Assembly: GCA_021777565.1 (NCBI GenBank) | Contig: JAJYDJ010000002.1 | Location: 5,082 to 69,081 of the forward strand | Source of the DNA: a bacterium | Lineage (GTDB): Bacteria > Patescibacteriota > Microgenomatia > Levybacterales > UBA12049 | Length of the DNA stretch: 64,000 bases | Reading direction: 5' to 3' | In this document: piece by piece, positions 41,082-51,689 of the stretch | Layout: every line of letters starts with the position of its first letter | Position numbering within the stretch: the first letter of the stretch is position 1 | Program-made: the position numbers and the translations under genes | Notes under the pieces: generated by a model | The model's database searches: none | What the model was told of the DNA's origin: nothing | The model's input: the letters and a program-made list of their open reading frames with translations, nothing else

Positions 41082-42089
41082 TTAGTTGGTAAACTCTTGC
41101 ACAAACATCTCGCCATACCATCCTGCCTCTATTACTCCTACGCCGATTTTATGAAATTTGTCTGAAAGGATATTGGCCCGGTGTCCTGGAGAGTGCATCA
41201 GCCCATTCATGGCCAAAGCAACTGATTGAGAGAATGCCAAATTTTCTCCTGCATCGGTATACACAATCCCCGCAGCACTCATACGATCAAACGGCGTTTC
41301 CCCTTCAGGCGTATTGTGGGCAAAGTATCCTCTGGAGAGCATATCTGATCCATGAGCACGGGCAACAGAAGTCAACGTCATGTCAAGGGTCAAAGGCTCA
41401 AGCCCATTCTTTTGTCGCTCTGCATTCACAGCCAAAAACATTTCTTGTTCTGCTTGTGTATCAGTGGGTGCATTTGCTACCGTAAATCCAAGTTGAGTGG
41501 CACTTTGATCTTGGGGATCGATCGTAAAGAACGTCATCAAGTCTGTTGGTGGCTTACCAAAGACTTGAGAGACTGTCCCTTCCAGTCCCTGTGCGTTCTG
41601 CAAGAGGTACTGGGTAACGTGGGATTTCTGCAATGCCTGTTTAAACGTGGGGCTAATAGGCAGAACACTGATCGCAGTCAATACACTCATCAAGAGTATG
41701 CCACCAGTCAATACGCCAAAGGCCATCCCCAAGACTTGGTTTACCAGATGGAGCGAGCGAGGCACCATTGTTTGAAGTTTACCAAGTGGTATTCCTAAAC
41801 TGTGACGAACCAGCCGAATAAGTCCCTCTACCATAAGTGCAATCGCAAGAAACGAGAGTGGGAGGGCTAATTCCTTGATCATCCCTGTTTTCTCCATAAG
41901 GTCGCCAAGTGGTTTATATAACATGAACCCCAGAGTCAATGCGGCAAGAAACGAGAAGCTATCTAGAAGACTGTTCACTATACCCACTGTAAAACCCTCA
42001 AATGCGTAAAAGAGAAGTACCAAAACCAAAACCACATCCACATACGAAATTCCTTGAATCGTCTGTTGAAGTGCCAAGATGTATTCCAT
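41082..42089 (-). CDS. CvpA-family membrane domain fused to CAP/SCP domain
   Basis: YVDVVL..GFTVG N-domain; VNAERQ, HGSDM..YFAH, GENLA, HSPGHRANIL. Confidence 0.88.
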   Translation of the reverse strand: MEYILALQQTIQGISYVDVVLVLVLLFYAFEGFTVGIVNSLLDSFSFLAALTLGFMLYKPLGDLMEKTGMIKELALPLSFLAIALMVEGLIRLVRHSLGIPLGKLQTMVPRSLHLVNQVLGMAFGVLTGGILLMSVLTAISVLPISPTFKQALQKSHVTQYLLQNAQGLEGTVSQVFGKPPTDLMTFFTIDPQDQSATQLGFTVANAPTDTQAEQEMFLAVNAERQKNGLEPLTLDMTLTSVARAHGSDMLSRGYFAHNTPEGETPFDRMSAAGIVYTDAGENLAFSQSVALAMNGLMHSPGHRANILSDKFHKIGVGVIEAGWYGEMFVQEFTN

Positions 42090-42152
42090 ATATATAGAGA
42101 GTATACCATGCAGAAAGTCGCCAACAGAATTTTTTTTTGTTATCATAAGAAT

Positions 42153-44336
42153 ATGCCCAAGTTAAAAGACAAACTTAACCCCCTGGCCATCCTACATTTA
42201 GAAAGATATTCCACCAAGACAAAAGTGCTTGCTTTGATTGGTATTTGTGTTCTCCTGACAGTTCTTCTCTTTGTTTTTTTACTTCGTGATCTTCCCTCCC
42301 CAACCAAACTCGCAGGCTCCAATCAACCACAATCAACCAATATTTATGATCGTAATGGCACACTCCTCTATTCTTTTTATGAAGGACGCGACCAAACATA
42401 CATCCCGCTGAGCCAAATTCCTAAAATTGCCCAGGAAGCAACAATTTCTATTGAAGATCGCGAGTTTTATCACCATGGAGCTATTGATATCAGAGGGATA
42501 GGACGTGCTATTGTCTCTATCATCTTGCATCACCGTATTGAGGGTGGATCAACGATCACCCAACAGCTGGTCAAAAACTCACTCCTCTCCTCAGAGCAGA
42601 CAATCACTCGAAAAGTCAAAGAAGCGATTCTTTCTTTCGCCACAGAGATTCTCTATCCAAAAGATAAAATTCTTGAACTGTACCTCAATGAGATCCCCTA
42701 TGGTGGCACCGTCTATGGTATCGAGGCTGCTTCAGAAACATTCTTTGGGAAACATGCCAAGGACTTAACCCTGGCTCAGGCAGCACTTTTGGCTGGACTG
42801 CCTGAATCACCAACCCAACTTTCTCCGTTTGGTGCGCATCCTGAACTTGCCAAACAGAGACAACTGCTAGTTTTGCAGGCCATGCAGGAAGAAGGATACA
42901 TCACCAAAGCCCAACAAGCCTCAGCTGCTGCAGAGCCGCTGCAGTATAAGGATATTTCCAAAGCAATTCAGGCACCTCACTTTGTGTTCTACGTCAAAGA
43001 TTATCTTGACAATAAATATGGTGAAAAGATGGTTGAGCAAGGAGGGTTAAACGTTACTACCTCACTTGATTTGAATATTCAGGATTTTGCTCAAACAACC
43101 GTTGCCTCAGAAATCGCCAAGCTCAAAGGGTACCACGTAACCAATGGTGCCGCCTTGGTGACCAGACCAGGTACAGGCGAAGTTCTGGCTATGGTTGGGT
43201 CAAAGGATTATTTCGATCAAGACATTGATGGGAATGTTAATCTTACTACCTCCAGGCGCCAACCAGGTTCTTCTATCAAACCAATTAATTATGCCGTTGG
43301 GCTTATGAAGGGATATACTGCGGCAACCCCATTTGTAGACGAACCTATTTGCTTCCCTGGTGGACCTGATGGCAAACAGTACTGTCCTATGAACTATGAC
43401 TTTGGGTGGCACGGCGTGCAACCAATGCGCTATGCACTGGGCAACTCATTTAACATCCCTGCTGTTAAAATGCTTGAGCTTAACGGGATTGATTCTATGC
43501 TGGCAACCGCTTCCGCAATGGGTATCACCACACTCACTGATGCTAACAGATATGGCCTCGCACTTACCCTTGGATCAGGAGAAGTCATGATGACTGACAT
43601 GAATACTGCCTATGGCGTTTTTGCCAATTCCGGCTATCGTATTGATCTGCATCCTGTCCTTAAGATTACTGACAGAAATGGGAAAGTGCTTGAGTCCTAC
43701 ACTCCCCCACCAAGTCCCATTTTTGGCAAACAAGTACTCCCATCAGGTGTGACCTTTATTATATCCAGCATGCTTTCTGATAATGGCGCGCGTCTTATCG
43801 ACTTTGGCTCCAACTCTTCTCTGGTAGTTAAAGGGCACACGGTCGCGGCCAAAACCGGAACTACTAATGACTTTAAAGATAACTGGACATTTGGCTACAC
43901 CAAAGACTTTGTCGTAGGAACGTGGGTTGGTAACAATGATGACACGCCGATGGGAAGCATTGCCTCAGGTATCACGGGTGCCGCACCAATTTGGAATAAG
44001 ATCTTCACCTACCTTCTGCAGGACAAGCCGAATGAACCATTCGTGCAACCACCAAGCGTGATCCAGAAATCTATTTGTGCGCTGTCTGGGCTTTTGCCTG
44101 ACCCAGCAAATCCATGCCAGACAAGATTTGAATATTTCATCAAGGGCACAGAGCCAACAAAGATCGAACAACTTAAGCAAAATGTTGCTATTGATACCAC
44201 AACCAACGATTTGGCAAAACCAGGACAGACGGTCAATGTACAAATGAAGGATGAGTCAGTACTCACTGACCCAACAGGTGATAAATATTGCTTAAGTTGC
44301 CCACATCCAACACCAAGTCCAACTCCTGGACAATAA
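42153..44336 (+). CDS. class A penicillin-binding protein (GT51 + transpeptidase)
   Basis: EDREFY.H, GGSTITQQLVKN, QPGSSIKP, SFN, KTGT. Confidence 0.94.
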   Translation: MPKLKDKLNPLAILHLERYSTKTKVLALIGICVLLTVLLFVFLLRDLPSPTKLAGSNQPQSTNIYDRNGTLLYSFYEGRDQTYIPLSQIPKIAQEATISIEDREFYHHGAIDIRGIGRAIVSIILHHRIEGGSTITQQLVKNSLLSSEQTITRKVKEAILSFATEILYPKDKILELYLNEIPYGGTVYGIEAASETFFGKHAKDLTLAQAALLAGLPESPTQLSPFGAHPELAKQRQLLVLQAMQEEGYITKAQQASAAAEPLQYKDISKAIQAPHFVFYVKDYLDNKYGEKMVEQGGLNVTTSLDLNIQDFAQTTVASEIAKLKGYHVTNGAALVTRPGTGEVLAMVGSKDYFDQDIDGNVNLTTSRRQPGSSIKPINYAVGLMKGYTAATPFVDEPICFPGGPDGKQYCPMNYDFGWHGVQPMRYALGNSFNIPAVKMLELNGIDSMLATASAMGITTLTDANRYGLALTLGSGEVMMTDMNTAYGVFANSGYRIDLHPVLKITDRNGKVLESYTPPPSPIFGKQVLPSGVTFIISSMLSDNGARLIDFGSNSSLVVKGHTVAAKTGTTNDFKDNWTFGYTKDFVVGTWVGNNDDTPMGSIASGITGAAPIWNKIFTYLLQDKPNEPFVQPPSVIQKSICALSGLLPDPANPCQTRFEYFIKGTEPTKIEQLKQNVAIDTTTNDLAKPGQTVNVQMKDESVLTDPTGDKYCLSCPHPTPSPTPGQ

Positions 44337-44400
44337 TAGTCATTTGATATCTTTTATAATCTCTTCCCTGTTTCGTATAATACAGTGACTGCTCTCATAG

Positions 44401-46545
44401 GTGTACGTTTTTATGGGGCAATTCCAGTCACTATTTCTTACTATTGCAAATGTTTTTATCGTCATCGGGGATGTCGTGCTCACATTACTTTCATACCTTC
44501 TGCATGGTATCCAGTATGCCCTCTTTCCCCTATGGAAGTTCTTGACAAAACCCAAACACAGGAAGCATGGCAGAAAAAAAATAATTTCTTTTTGGAATAA
44601 ATTGAGATATTTTTCATTTGGTCTTTTTGTTGCAATTGTTTTTATTTGTATCCCATTTATTGCAATTACCTTTTTGACAACACTCCCTAACCCTGTCCAA
44701 TTAAAATTAAATTTAGCTCCTCAAACGACCAATATTTACGACCGACACGGGACACTTCTGTACCAAATTTATGCTGACCAAAACCGGGTAAATATTCCTC
44801 TTTCCCAAATACCAAAGTCACTACAACAGGCCACCATCGCAATCGAAGATAAGACGTTCTATAACAATCCAGGCTTTGATCCTGTGGCCATACTGAGAGC
44901 GTTTATCAATGATTTGCAGGGCAAACACCTGCAGGGAGCCTCCACTATCACCCAGCAACTTATCAAATCTGCTCTTCTGACCCCAGAGAGAAGTATTGCT
45001 CGAAAGATCGAAGAGGTAGTGCTCGCATCGTGGGCAGAACGACTTTATAGCAAAGATCAAATTCTTGCCATGTATCTCAACCAGGTTCCCTATGGAGGTA
45101 GTGCCTGGGGGGTTGAATCCGCAGCAGAAACGTATTTTGGTAAACATGTGTGGGACCTTGATCTTGCTGAGTGTGCATTCCTGGCAGGCTTACCGCAAGC
45201 CCCCACCACATACTCACCATTTGGAAGTACACCAAATGCCTGGAAAGAAAGACAGAAAGAAGTGCTTTCCCACATGGTCACAGAGCACTTTATTACTCAG
45301 AAGCAAGCAGACGGAGCATCTGCAGAGGTGTTATCTTTTGTCAATCAACGCATACCATTGGCCGCGCCTCATTTTGTTTTTTACGTCAAAGATTTATTGG
45401 AGAGCTATTTAGGACAAGCGATCGTTGAAAAAGGTGGGTTGAATGTTGTTACCACACTGGATCTTCCACTTCAGCAACAGGTGCAGCAAATTGTTGCCAC
45501 AGAAGTGCAAAATGACCAGTATCTTAACCTTACCAATGGCGCTGCCATGGTGGTAAACCCTCATACTGGAGAAATCCTTGCAATGGTTGGCTCACGCGGC
45601 TATAACAGTGCGCCAGATGGTAATGTAAATGTGACAACAGCCATCAGACAACCAGGATCCAGTATCAAAATCGTTACCTATGCCGCGGCTCTGGCACATG
45701 GTTTTACCGCCGCAACGATCCTGAATGATGCACCCGTTGTCTATAACAACGGTAGTGAAATATACGCCCCCGTCAATTACGATGGGAAATTCCATGGCAA
45801 TGTTCCACTTCGTATTGCACTTGCCAATTCTTTTAACATTCCTGCAGTCAAAACACTGGATACCATCGGACTTCCTACCTTCGTGGCCCAGGGGCGTGCG
45901 ATGGGACTCTCTCATCTCAAGGACGCTTCACAATACGGACTTTCAGCGACCCTCGGAGGCGTTGATACCACGATGGTTGACATGATGACTGCCTACACCA
46001 CCCTTGCCAATACGGGCAAGAGAGTCCCTCTGACACCAATTATGAAAGTGACAGATCGTAATGGACAGGTACTCATGACGGCAAATCCCGGTGCACAACC
46101 CCAGGTTGTTGACCCAGGCATTGCCTACATACTCACCTCTATCCTTTCTGACAATCAAGCACGATCTTGGGAGTTTGGAACTAATTCACCATTATTCATC
46201 CCTGGGCACACGGTCGCGGTCAAAACAGGAACGACTGATGATAAACGGGATAACTGGACCTTTGGATACACCCCATCCTTTGTCGCAGGAGTTTGGGTTG
46301 GGAATAATGATAATTCGCCTATGAGCCAGACTCTTGCTTCTGGGATCACGGGTGCCGCACCAATTTGGAACAAAATTATGACACTGCTGCTTGGAGATAG
46401 TCCTGATCAAACCTATCCAGTCCCATCGGATGTGATCAGTAAACCTTGTCTTGGCAAGACAGAATATTTCATTCAAGGAACAGAAAATAGTGTTAATTGC
46501 ACTCCTCTTCCCACCTGGACACCGACTCCAACACCAGTCAAATAA
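44401..46545 (+). CDS. second class A penicillin-binding protein (start uncertain)
   Basis: EDKTFY, GASTITQQLIK, QPGSSIK, SFN, KTGT. Confidence 0.92.
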   Translation: MYVFMGQFQSLFLTIANVFIVIGDVVLTLLSYLLHGIQYALFPLWKFLTKPKHRKHGRKKIISFWNKLRYFSFGLFVAIVFICIPFIAITFLTTLPNPVQLKLNLAPQTTNIYDRHGTLLYQIYADQNRVNIPLSQIPKSLQQATIAIEDKTFYNNPGFDPVAILRAFINDLQGKHLQGASTITQQLIKSALLTPERSIARKIEEVVLASWAERLYSKDQILAMYLNQVPYGGSAWGVESAAETYFGKHVWDLDLAECAFLAGLPQAPTTYSPFGSTPNAWKERQKEVLSHMVTEHFITQKQADGASAEVLSFVNQRIPLAAPHFVFYVKDLLESYLGQAIVEKGGLNVVTTLDLPLQQQVQQIVATEVQNDQYLNLTNGAAMVVNPHTGEILAMVGSRGYNSAPDGNVNVTTAIRQPGSSIKIVTYAAALAHGFTAATILNDAPVVYNNGSEIYAPVNYDGKFHGNVPLRIALANSFNIPAVKTLDTIGLPTFVAQGRAMGLSHLKDASQYGLSATLGGVDTTMVDMMTAYTTLANTGKRVPLTPIMKVTDRNGQVLMTANPGAQPQVVDPGIAYILTSILSDNQARSWEFGTNSPLFIPGHTVAVKTGTTDDKRDNWTFGYTPSFVAGVWVGNNDNSPMSQTLASGITGAAPIWNKIMTLLLGDSPDQTYPVPSDVISKPCLGKTEYFIQGTENSVNCTPLPTWTPTPTPVK

Positions 46546-46548
46546 AGA

Positions 46549-47187
46549 CTACTGAAGCAACGCTTGAAGATCCTGATACGCCTTGTTCACATCGGATGCA
46601 GTAAAGAGTGCATGGGTCACAACAAAATCGGTGGCGCCCGCTTCTTTTGCCTGAGGCAGGGTTTCACTATTGATGCCTCCATCGACTTCAATAGGCAGAA
46701 ATGGCGTTTGTGAGCGAAGTGACCGAACTTTCTCAAGCATTTCTGGCATAAATTCTTGATTGGAATGCCCTGCTTTGACTGTCATTACAAATAAAAAATC
46801 CAAATCTTCAAAAGATACATCCGTAAGCGCCGTAACAGGCGTTGGGGTATCAAGAGCAAGCCCTACCTGCCCATATTGTTCTGCTTTGGCAACAAAAGAA
46901 GCAATGTCCGGCATTTTCTCAACATGACCAATAAATTTTTTAAATCCATTCAGCGCAAAAGACTCTACATACTTTTCAGGATCCTCCACCATCAAGTGAA
47001 CCTCTAAAAAATATTTCTGGGCATATGGTTTAAAGATCGTTGGATCAAGAACAGTCGTGTTGTCTGCAAATTTTCCATCTATAACATCTATGTGAATAGT
47101 TGTCGTCAGGTCCTTTACCAGTGCAATCTTTTTTTCAATTCCCAGGGCCTCGTGTTCTAGAATTCCGGGGATAATAGTGTAGTGCAT
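46549..47187 (-). CDS. rpe: ribulose-phosphate 3-epimerase
   Basis: HIDVIDGKF, EVHLMV, MTVKAG, IEVDGGIN. Confidence 0.92.
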   Translation of the reverse strand: MHYTIIPGILEHEALGIEKKIALVKDLTTTIHIDVIDGKFADNTTVLDPTIFKPYAQKYFLEVHLMVEDPEKYVESFALNGFKKFIGHVEKMPDIASFVAKAEQYGQVGLALDTPTPVTALTDVSFEDLDFLFVMTVKAGHSNQEFMPEMLEKVRSLRSQTPFLPIEVDGGINSETLPQAKEAGATDFVVTHALFTASDVNKAYQDLQALLQ

Positions 47188-47188
47188 A

Positions 47189-47626
47189 TTAGACTGTTTC
47201 CATTTTTTCGACTCTTCTTTCATGTCTTTCACTTTGAACATAATTAGTGTTCAGAAATATATCTACGAGTTGTTTTGCCAATTCTTCTGATATAACATCA
47301 GATGCCAATGCGAGGACATTTAAGTCATCGTCTTCACGCGCTTCCTTCACTTGTGTCTCGTCAAACCCGATAGCCGCTCGAATCCCTTTTACCTTGTTTG
47401 CGACGATGTCTACCCCTACTCCACTGCCGCAAATAACGATCCCTTTCCCATCCTCTTTCTCTGCCACATTGGTCGCAACCGCATGTGCATACTCTGGGAA
47501 GTCATCACCAGGATTATGCTCATACGCTCCACAATCTACCACGGTGTACCCCTGCTCATTCAGCCATGCACGAAGTTGCTCTTTGAGGACAAACCCCCGA
47601 TGATCGGCACCAATAAAAACGGTCAC
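47189..47626 (-). CDS. rpiB: ribose-5-phosphate isomerase B
   Basis: GADHRG, CGSGVG..ANKVKGIRA; GTG start overlaps upstream stop. Confidence 0.92.
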   Translation of the reverse strand: MTVFIGADHRGFVLKEQLRAWLNEQGYTVVDCGAYEHNPGDDFPEYAHAVATNVAEKEDGKGIVICGSGVGVDIVANKVKGIRAAIGFDETQVKEAREDDDLNVLALASDVISEELAKQLVDIFLNTNYVQSERHERRVEKMETV

Positions 47627-48579
47627 GCGATATTCCTTTCCCTTAGACTCATTTCCAATTGGGATGGATCCATGAGTCCTTGTTGTCCACCGCCATGAGC
47701 GATGACAGATGCGGCATTTGCACTCCCCCATAGCAGTGCCTCTTGAAGTGTTTTCCCTTGAATATACGCTGCCGTAAATCCACTGGAGAATGCATCCCCT
47801 GCACCGGTTTTTTCAACAAATGATGTTGGCAGACTTTCCTGGAAGAAATACTGACCGCTATCATCCCTAACGGTCGCACCTTTTTCCCCTTGCGTTACGA
47901 CGACAATGCGTGGACCCTTTGCATGAAGCTCATCCATGATTGCATGCAGATCGCTATCTACCCCTTTGCCGACAAGGCCAGCTGCCTCTTCATTGTTTAC
48001 CAGGAGTACTTCAGTCTTGGCAAGAACAGGCAACAATGCTTCCAAACCGGCATGTAGCTGCATACTTCCCGGGTTAAAAATAATTTTTGCGTGTGTTTGG
48101 TCACTGTGAGTAAGTACCCGCGTATACAACTCTTGCCAGGTATTGCCAACTGAAGCCAGATATACCCACGGTGCAGTAACATCATCAATTGGGAGATTAT
48201 GTTCACGAACTTCTTGGTGAACGAATTCCGTTCGCTCTCCTGTCATGTCCAAGACGACGGCAAAAGAAGCCTTAGCTCCAGGAGTAATCACCACATGACT
48301 ACAATCAATGTTTTCTTTCTTCAACATATCAAGTGCGCTGTTACTCAATGCATCATCCCCAGTCTCCGCCGTAAGAACAGGAGTGACACCGAGCCGGGAA
48401 AGTCCAATGGTTACATTGACGGCACACCCGCCCAAATGGATATCTGTTTGGGGAATTGCAATCTTTGAGCCAAGAGGAATGGTTATTGCATTGGATACTG
48501 AAACTATTTCAGGATTCTTTTCTGCATGAAGGAACATGTCCAGCATGATATTTCCTACACAAAGCACCTGTGGTTGCAT
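47623..48579 (-). CDS. PfkB-family carbohydrate kinase
   Basis: GGCAVNV..GLSRLG; NEEA; TGAGDAFSSGF. Confidence 0.9.
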   Translation of the reverse strand: MQPQVLCVGNIMLDMFLHAEKNPEIVSVSNAITIPLGSKIAIPQTDIHLGGCAVNVTIGLSRLGVTPVLTAETGDDALSNSALDMLKKENIDCSHVVITPGAKASFAVVLDMTGERTEFVHQEVREHNLPIDDVTAPWVYLASVGNTWQELYTRVLTHSDQTHAKIIFNPGSMQLHAGLEALLPVLAKTEVLLVNNEEAAGLVGKGVDSDLHAIMDELHAKGPRIVVVTQGEKGATVRDDSGQYFFQESLPTSFVEKTGAGDAFSSGFTAAYIQGKTLQEALLWGSANAASVIAHGGGQQGLMDPSQLEMSLRERNIA

Positions 48580-48667
48580 ACATTCATGCTAGTAGAAATC
48601 GCTCATCATTTCAAGTTAATCTCTGGGCTGTATTTTCAGTACTTCGTGTTACAATAAAAGTACTTCT

Positions 48668-50419
48668 ATGAAAAAATGGATTCCCATCGGTTTTGTTTTA
48701 TGCCTCGTACTGATAGGGGTTGGGCAGTTTCTTATTCACTCAGTGTATTCAGATGAGCTTGATGACGTGACAAAACAGCTTAATGATCTGACCAATCAGC
48801 TTAATTCCTCTATCAATGCCACACGGCCTCTTGAGTCACAGCTCGCACAAATGCAGCAACAAATTACTGATATCAAAAACCGTGTAACGTTTATCGAACA
48901 AGATGTTGCCGCCAAGAAAGCCAACATTGCCCAAAGTGAGGCAGATATTTCTACCAAGACAGAAATTTTCAACGAGAAAGTACGAGATTATTACATCCAG
49001 ACAGTCGCCAACAACCCTATGTATCTGCTTCTTGCGTCCCACGATGCTGGGAACATTACTCAAATCCTTGCCTATCAGAAGGCAACATCCGATCAGGATA
49101 AAGCAGTGATTACTAATATCGCTCTTTCCATTGCTGATCTCGAGCAGAAAAAAGCCGCACTGGAAGCAGAAGAGACCCGTCTGGTGAGCGTAAAAGCTGA
49201 ACTCGACCAACAAAGTGCAAAGCTTGATACCGTCATCCAAGGAGCCAAAGCGTACCAGGCATCACTCTCTTCCCAGATTGCTCAACTCTCAGCCAAACAA
49301 CAACAGCTCATCGCAGCCAAACTTGGCAGTTTGGGACTTCCAACCTCTGCCTACACGACCTCGGGCGGCTGTTCGAGCGATCTTACCAACGGTAAAGATC
49401 CAGGATTTTCTCCTAAATTTGGCGCGTTTTCTTTCGGTGTTCCACACCGAGTTGGTATGAGCCAATATGGTGCGAAAGGGCGAGCAGATGCTGGGCAATC
49501 AACAGAAGATATTTTGCATGCATACTATAACGCTGACCTAAATAAGGGGTATGGCACCGGATATACCATTCATGTCGTTGGAGATAACGAATTTGGTGAA
49601 CATCTGGATAACAACTGGAATATTGAAGACTACGTAAAACACATCTATGAAATGCCAACCAACTGGAATCCTGCAGCACTGCGAGCACAAGCGGTTGCCG
49701 CACGTACCTATGCGCTTGCCTATACCAACAATGGATCAAGCACGATTTGTCCAACACAAGACTGCCAAGTAGTAAAGACCGAACTAAATTCTCAAGCATG
49801 GATTGATGCAGTGAATGCAACAGCAGGTTGGGTGCTCACCAGTGGTGGACAACCAATCAAGGCATGGTTCTCCTCTACCGCTGGTGGCTATTTCCACTCC
49901 TCAAGTGACGTGGGCTGGTCCAGCACTTCCTATACCAAGACCGGACTTGATGCGAGTGGATCAGTTGGAAGTTTCTCTGATCTACAAAATAATGCCTATG
50001 ACAAGAGCTCCCCTTGGTTTTACTGTGACTGGGGTAGTCGTTCAAGTTATTCCAATACTGCCTGGCTTAAGCCCGAAGAACTTGCCGATATTGCCAACGT
50101 TATCATGCTTGCCAAGAACGATTCTAGTACCCAACCACATCTTGCCCAGCCCGATAAACCAAACCCCGATGGCACTGACACCTGGGATGCAGGGAGAGTG
50201 CAACAGGAGTTGAAAAATCGTGGCATCACTCCATTTACATCGGTTGATTCTGTCTCGGTTAACGCTGATTTTGGCAGTGGCACGACAACCAATGTCCAAG
50301 TCTCTGGTAATGGGATGTCACAATCCTTCAATGGCACTGATTTTAAAAACTTCTTTAACTTGCGTGCACCATCAAACATCAACATCGTTGGACCGTTGTA
50401 TAACATTGAGAAACGATGA
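48668..50419 (+). CDS. coiled-coil + SpoIID/LytB-domain peptidoglycan hydrolase
   Basis: PcsB-like coiled coil; HRVGMSQYGA, EMP..W..ALRAQAVAARTY, CQV. Confidence 0.87.
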   Translation: MKKWIPIGFVLCLVLIGVGQFLIHSVYSDELDDVTKQLNDLTNQLNSSINATRPLESQLAQMQQQITDIKNRVTFIEQDVAAKKANIAQSEADISTKTEIFNEKVRDYYIQTVANNPMYLLLASHDAGNITQILAYQKATSDQDKAVITNIALSIADLEQKKAALEAEETRLVSVKAELDQQSAKLDTVIQGAKAYQASLSSQIAQLSAKQQQLIAAKLGSLGLPTSAYTTSGGCSSDLTNGKDPGFSPKFGAFSFGVPHRVGMSQYGAKGRADAGQSTEDILHAYYNADLNKGYGTGYTIHVVGDNEFGEHLDNNWNIEDYVKHIYEMPTNWNPAALRAQAVAARTYALAYTNNGSSTICPTQDCQVVKTELNSQAWIDAVNATAGWVLTSGGQPIKAWFSSTAGGYFHSSSDVGWSSTSYTKTGLDASGSVGSFSDLQNNAYDKSSPWFYCDWGSRSSYSNTAWLKPEELADIANVIMLAKNDSSTQPHLAQPDKPNPDGTDTWDAGRVQQELKNRGITPFTSVDSVSVNADFGSGTTTNVQVSGNGMSQSFNGTDFKNFFNLRAPSNINIVGPLYNIEKR

Positions 50420-50482
50420 TATATCAGTCTAAATCACAGCTATTCATTGCATTCAGAGGGTGGATCAGTATACTATAGAGGC

Positions 50483-51439
50483 ATGCCTGATATCTTTGTT
50501 GCCGAACCAGAATCCAGCAATGAACCGACACGATACGGGAGAGTAAGTGACACAGATCAGCCTGAGTCACAAACAACGACACCTTCTACCCCTGAGTATC
50601 CATCCAACCCCCTTCCCCCGACACCACCGGTATACACACCGCCGACAACACCTGTGGAACCTCCCTCATTCCAACCATTACAAACAGAACCTGCCCAACC
50701 TATGCCCGAGATCGAGGTCAATGATGTAGATACTCCATCTCCCCTCGGTGAACAATTCCATACGCCAGACATGACCCAGGGGGCGCAAGCAAATATGTCG
50801 CAAGAAAACACATTCCCTGTCATGCCAAATTACAATCTTGTGCATGAATCACACACCTCAAGTATTCCTCTTTTTACCAGTTTTTGGCAGAATCCAACAG
50901 GCGTGTATTTTGATACGCAGGGAGCACACGAGCAGATTTTGATCTTTTTAAGAAAGCATTTTATTACCAATGTTCCCTGGCTCGCCAGTGTAACTTTTTT
51001 CATCATTGCCCCATTTGGTATCCAGTTTGCCCTGCAATATGAACATGTCAATCTAGCTCTATTTAACGTCTTCACACAGTCACAAATTCGCGTTGCGCTT
51101 ACCTTCTATCTTATTCTCATTTTTACGTATGCCTTCATTAAGTTCTTAAGCTGGTATTACAACATTTCACTTATTACTCAGGAGCGCGTTTTGGATATCG
51201 AGCTTGAAGATTTAGTAAATAAGCGTGTCGCGGCGACAAAGATTTCTCTTGTCCAGGATATTACCTATCAGCAGTCAGGAGCCATAGGATCACTTTTGGA
51301 CTTTGGCGACGTACTGATCCAGACCGCAGGTACACAAGATAACTTTATTATTAATAGCGTCCCCCGTCCAGAACTCGTTATTAAGATCGTCGAGGATATT
51401 ATTGGACGAGAAAGGACACCGTTCTCACCAGGCGTATAA
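50483..51439 (+). CDS. PH-domain (bPH_2-like) membrane protein with Pro-rich N-terminus
   Basis: LRKH, WYYN..ITQERV.DI, VQDIT..G..FGDV.IQTAG. Confidence 0.8.
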   Translation: MPDIFVAEPESSNEPTRYGRVSDTDQPESQTTTPSTPEYPSNPLPPTPPVYTPPTTPVEPPSFQPLQTEPAQPMPEIEVNDVDTPSPLGEQFHTPDMTQGAQANMSQENTFPVMPNYNLVHESHTSSIPLFTSFWQNPTGVYFDTQGAHEQILIFLRKHFITNVPWLASVTFFIIAPFGIQFALQYEHVNLALFNVFTQSQIRVALTFYLILIFTYAFIKFLSWYYNISLITQERVLDIELEDLVNKRVAATKISLVQDITYQQSGAIGSLLDFGDVLIQTAGTQDNFIINSVPRPELVIKIVEDIIGRERTPFSPGV

Positions 51440-51443
51440 CTCT

Positions 51444-51689
51444 ATGCAAAATGTCTTTGCCATCATTGCAAATTTGAATGCACTCTTGCAGCCAAATACA
51501 ATTTTTAAAGGAATTTTTCTTTTCCTTATTCTGTGCCATCTTATCTTTATGATCGTCGTCTTAGGTCAGGTTCGCGCTATGGAAAAAATCATTACCCAGC
51601 CACTTTCTTCTGCGGTACTCGGATTTGTCTGTCTCCTTTTGATTGCCAGTAGCATTGGACTTTTCGCGGTTACATTACACTTGCCCTAA
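51444..51689 (+). CDS. small two-TM protein (DUF5657-like)
   Basis: IF.IVVLGQVRAM motif; two TMs. Confidence 0.65.
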   Translation: MQNVFAIIANLNALLQPNTIFKGIFLFLILCHLIFMIVVLGQVRAMEKIITQPLSSAVLGFVCLLLIASSIGLFAVTLHLP

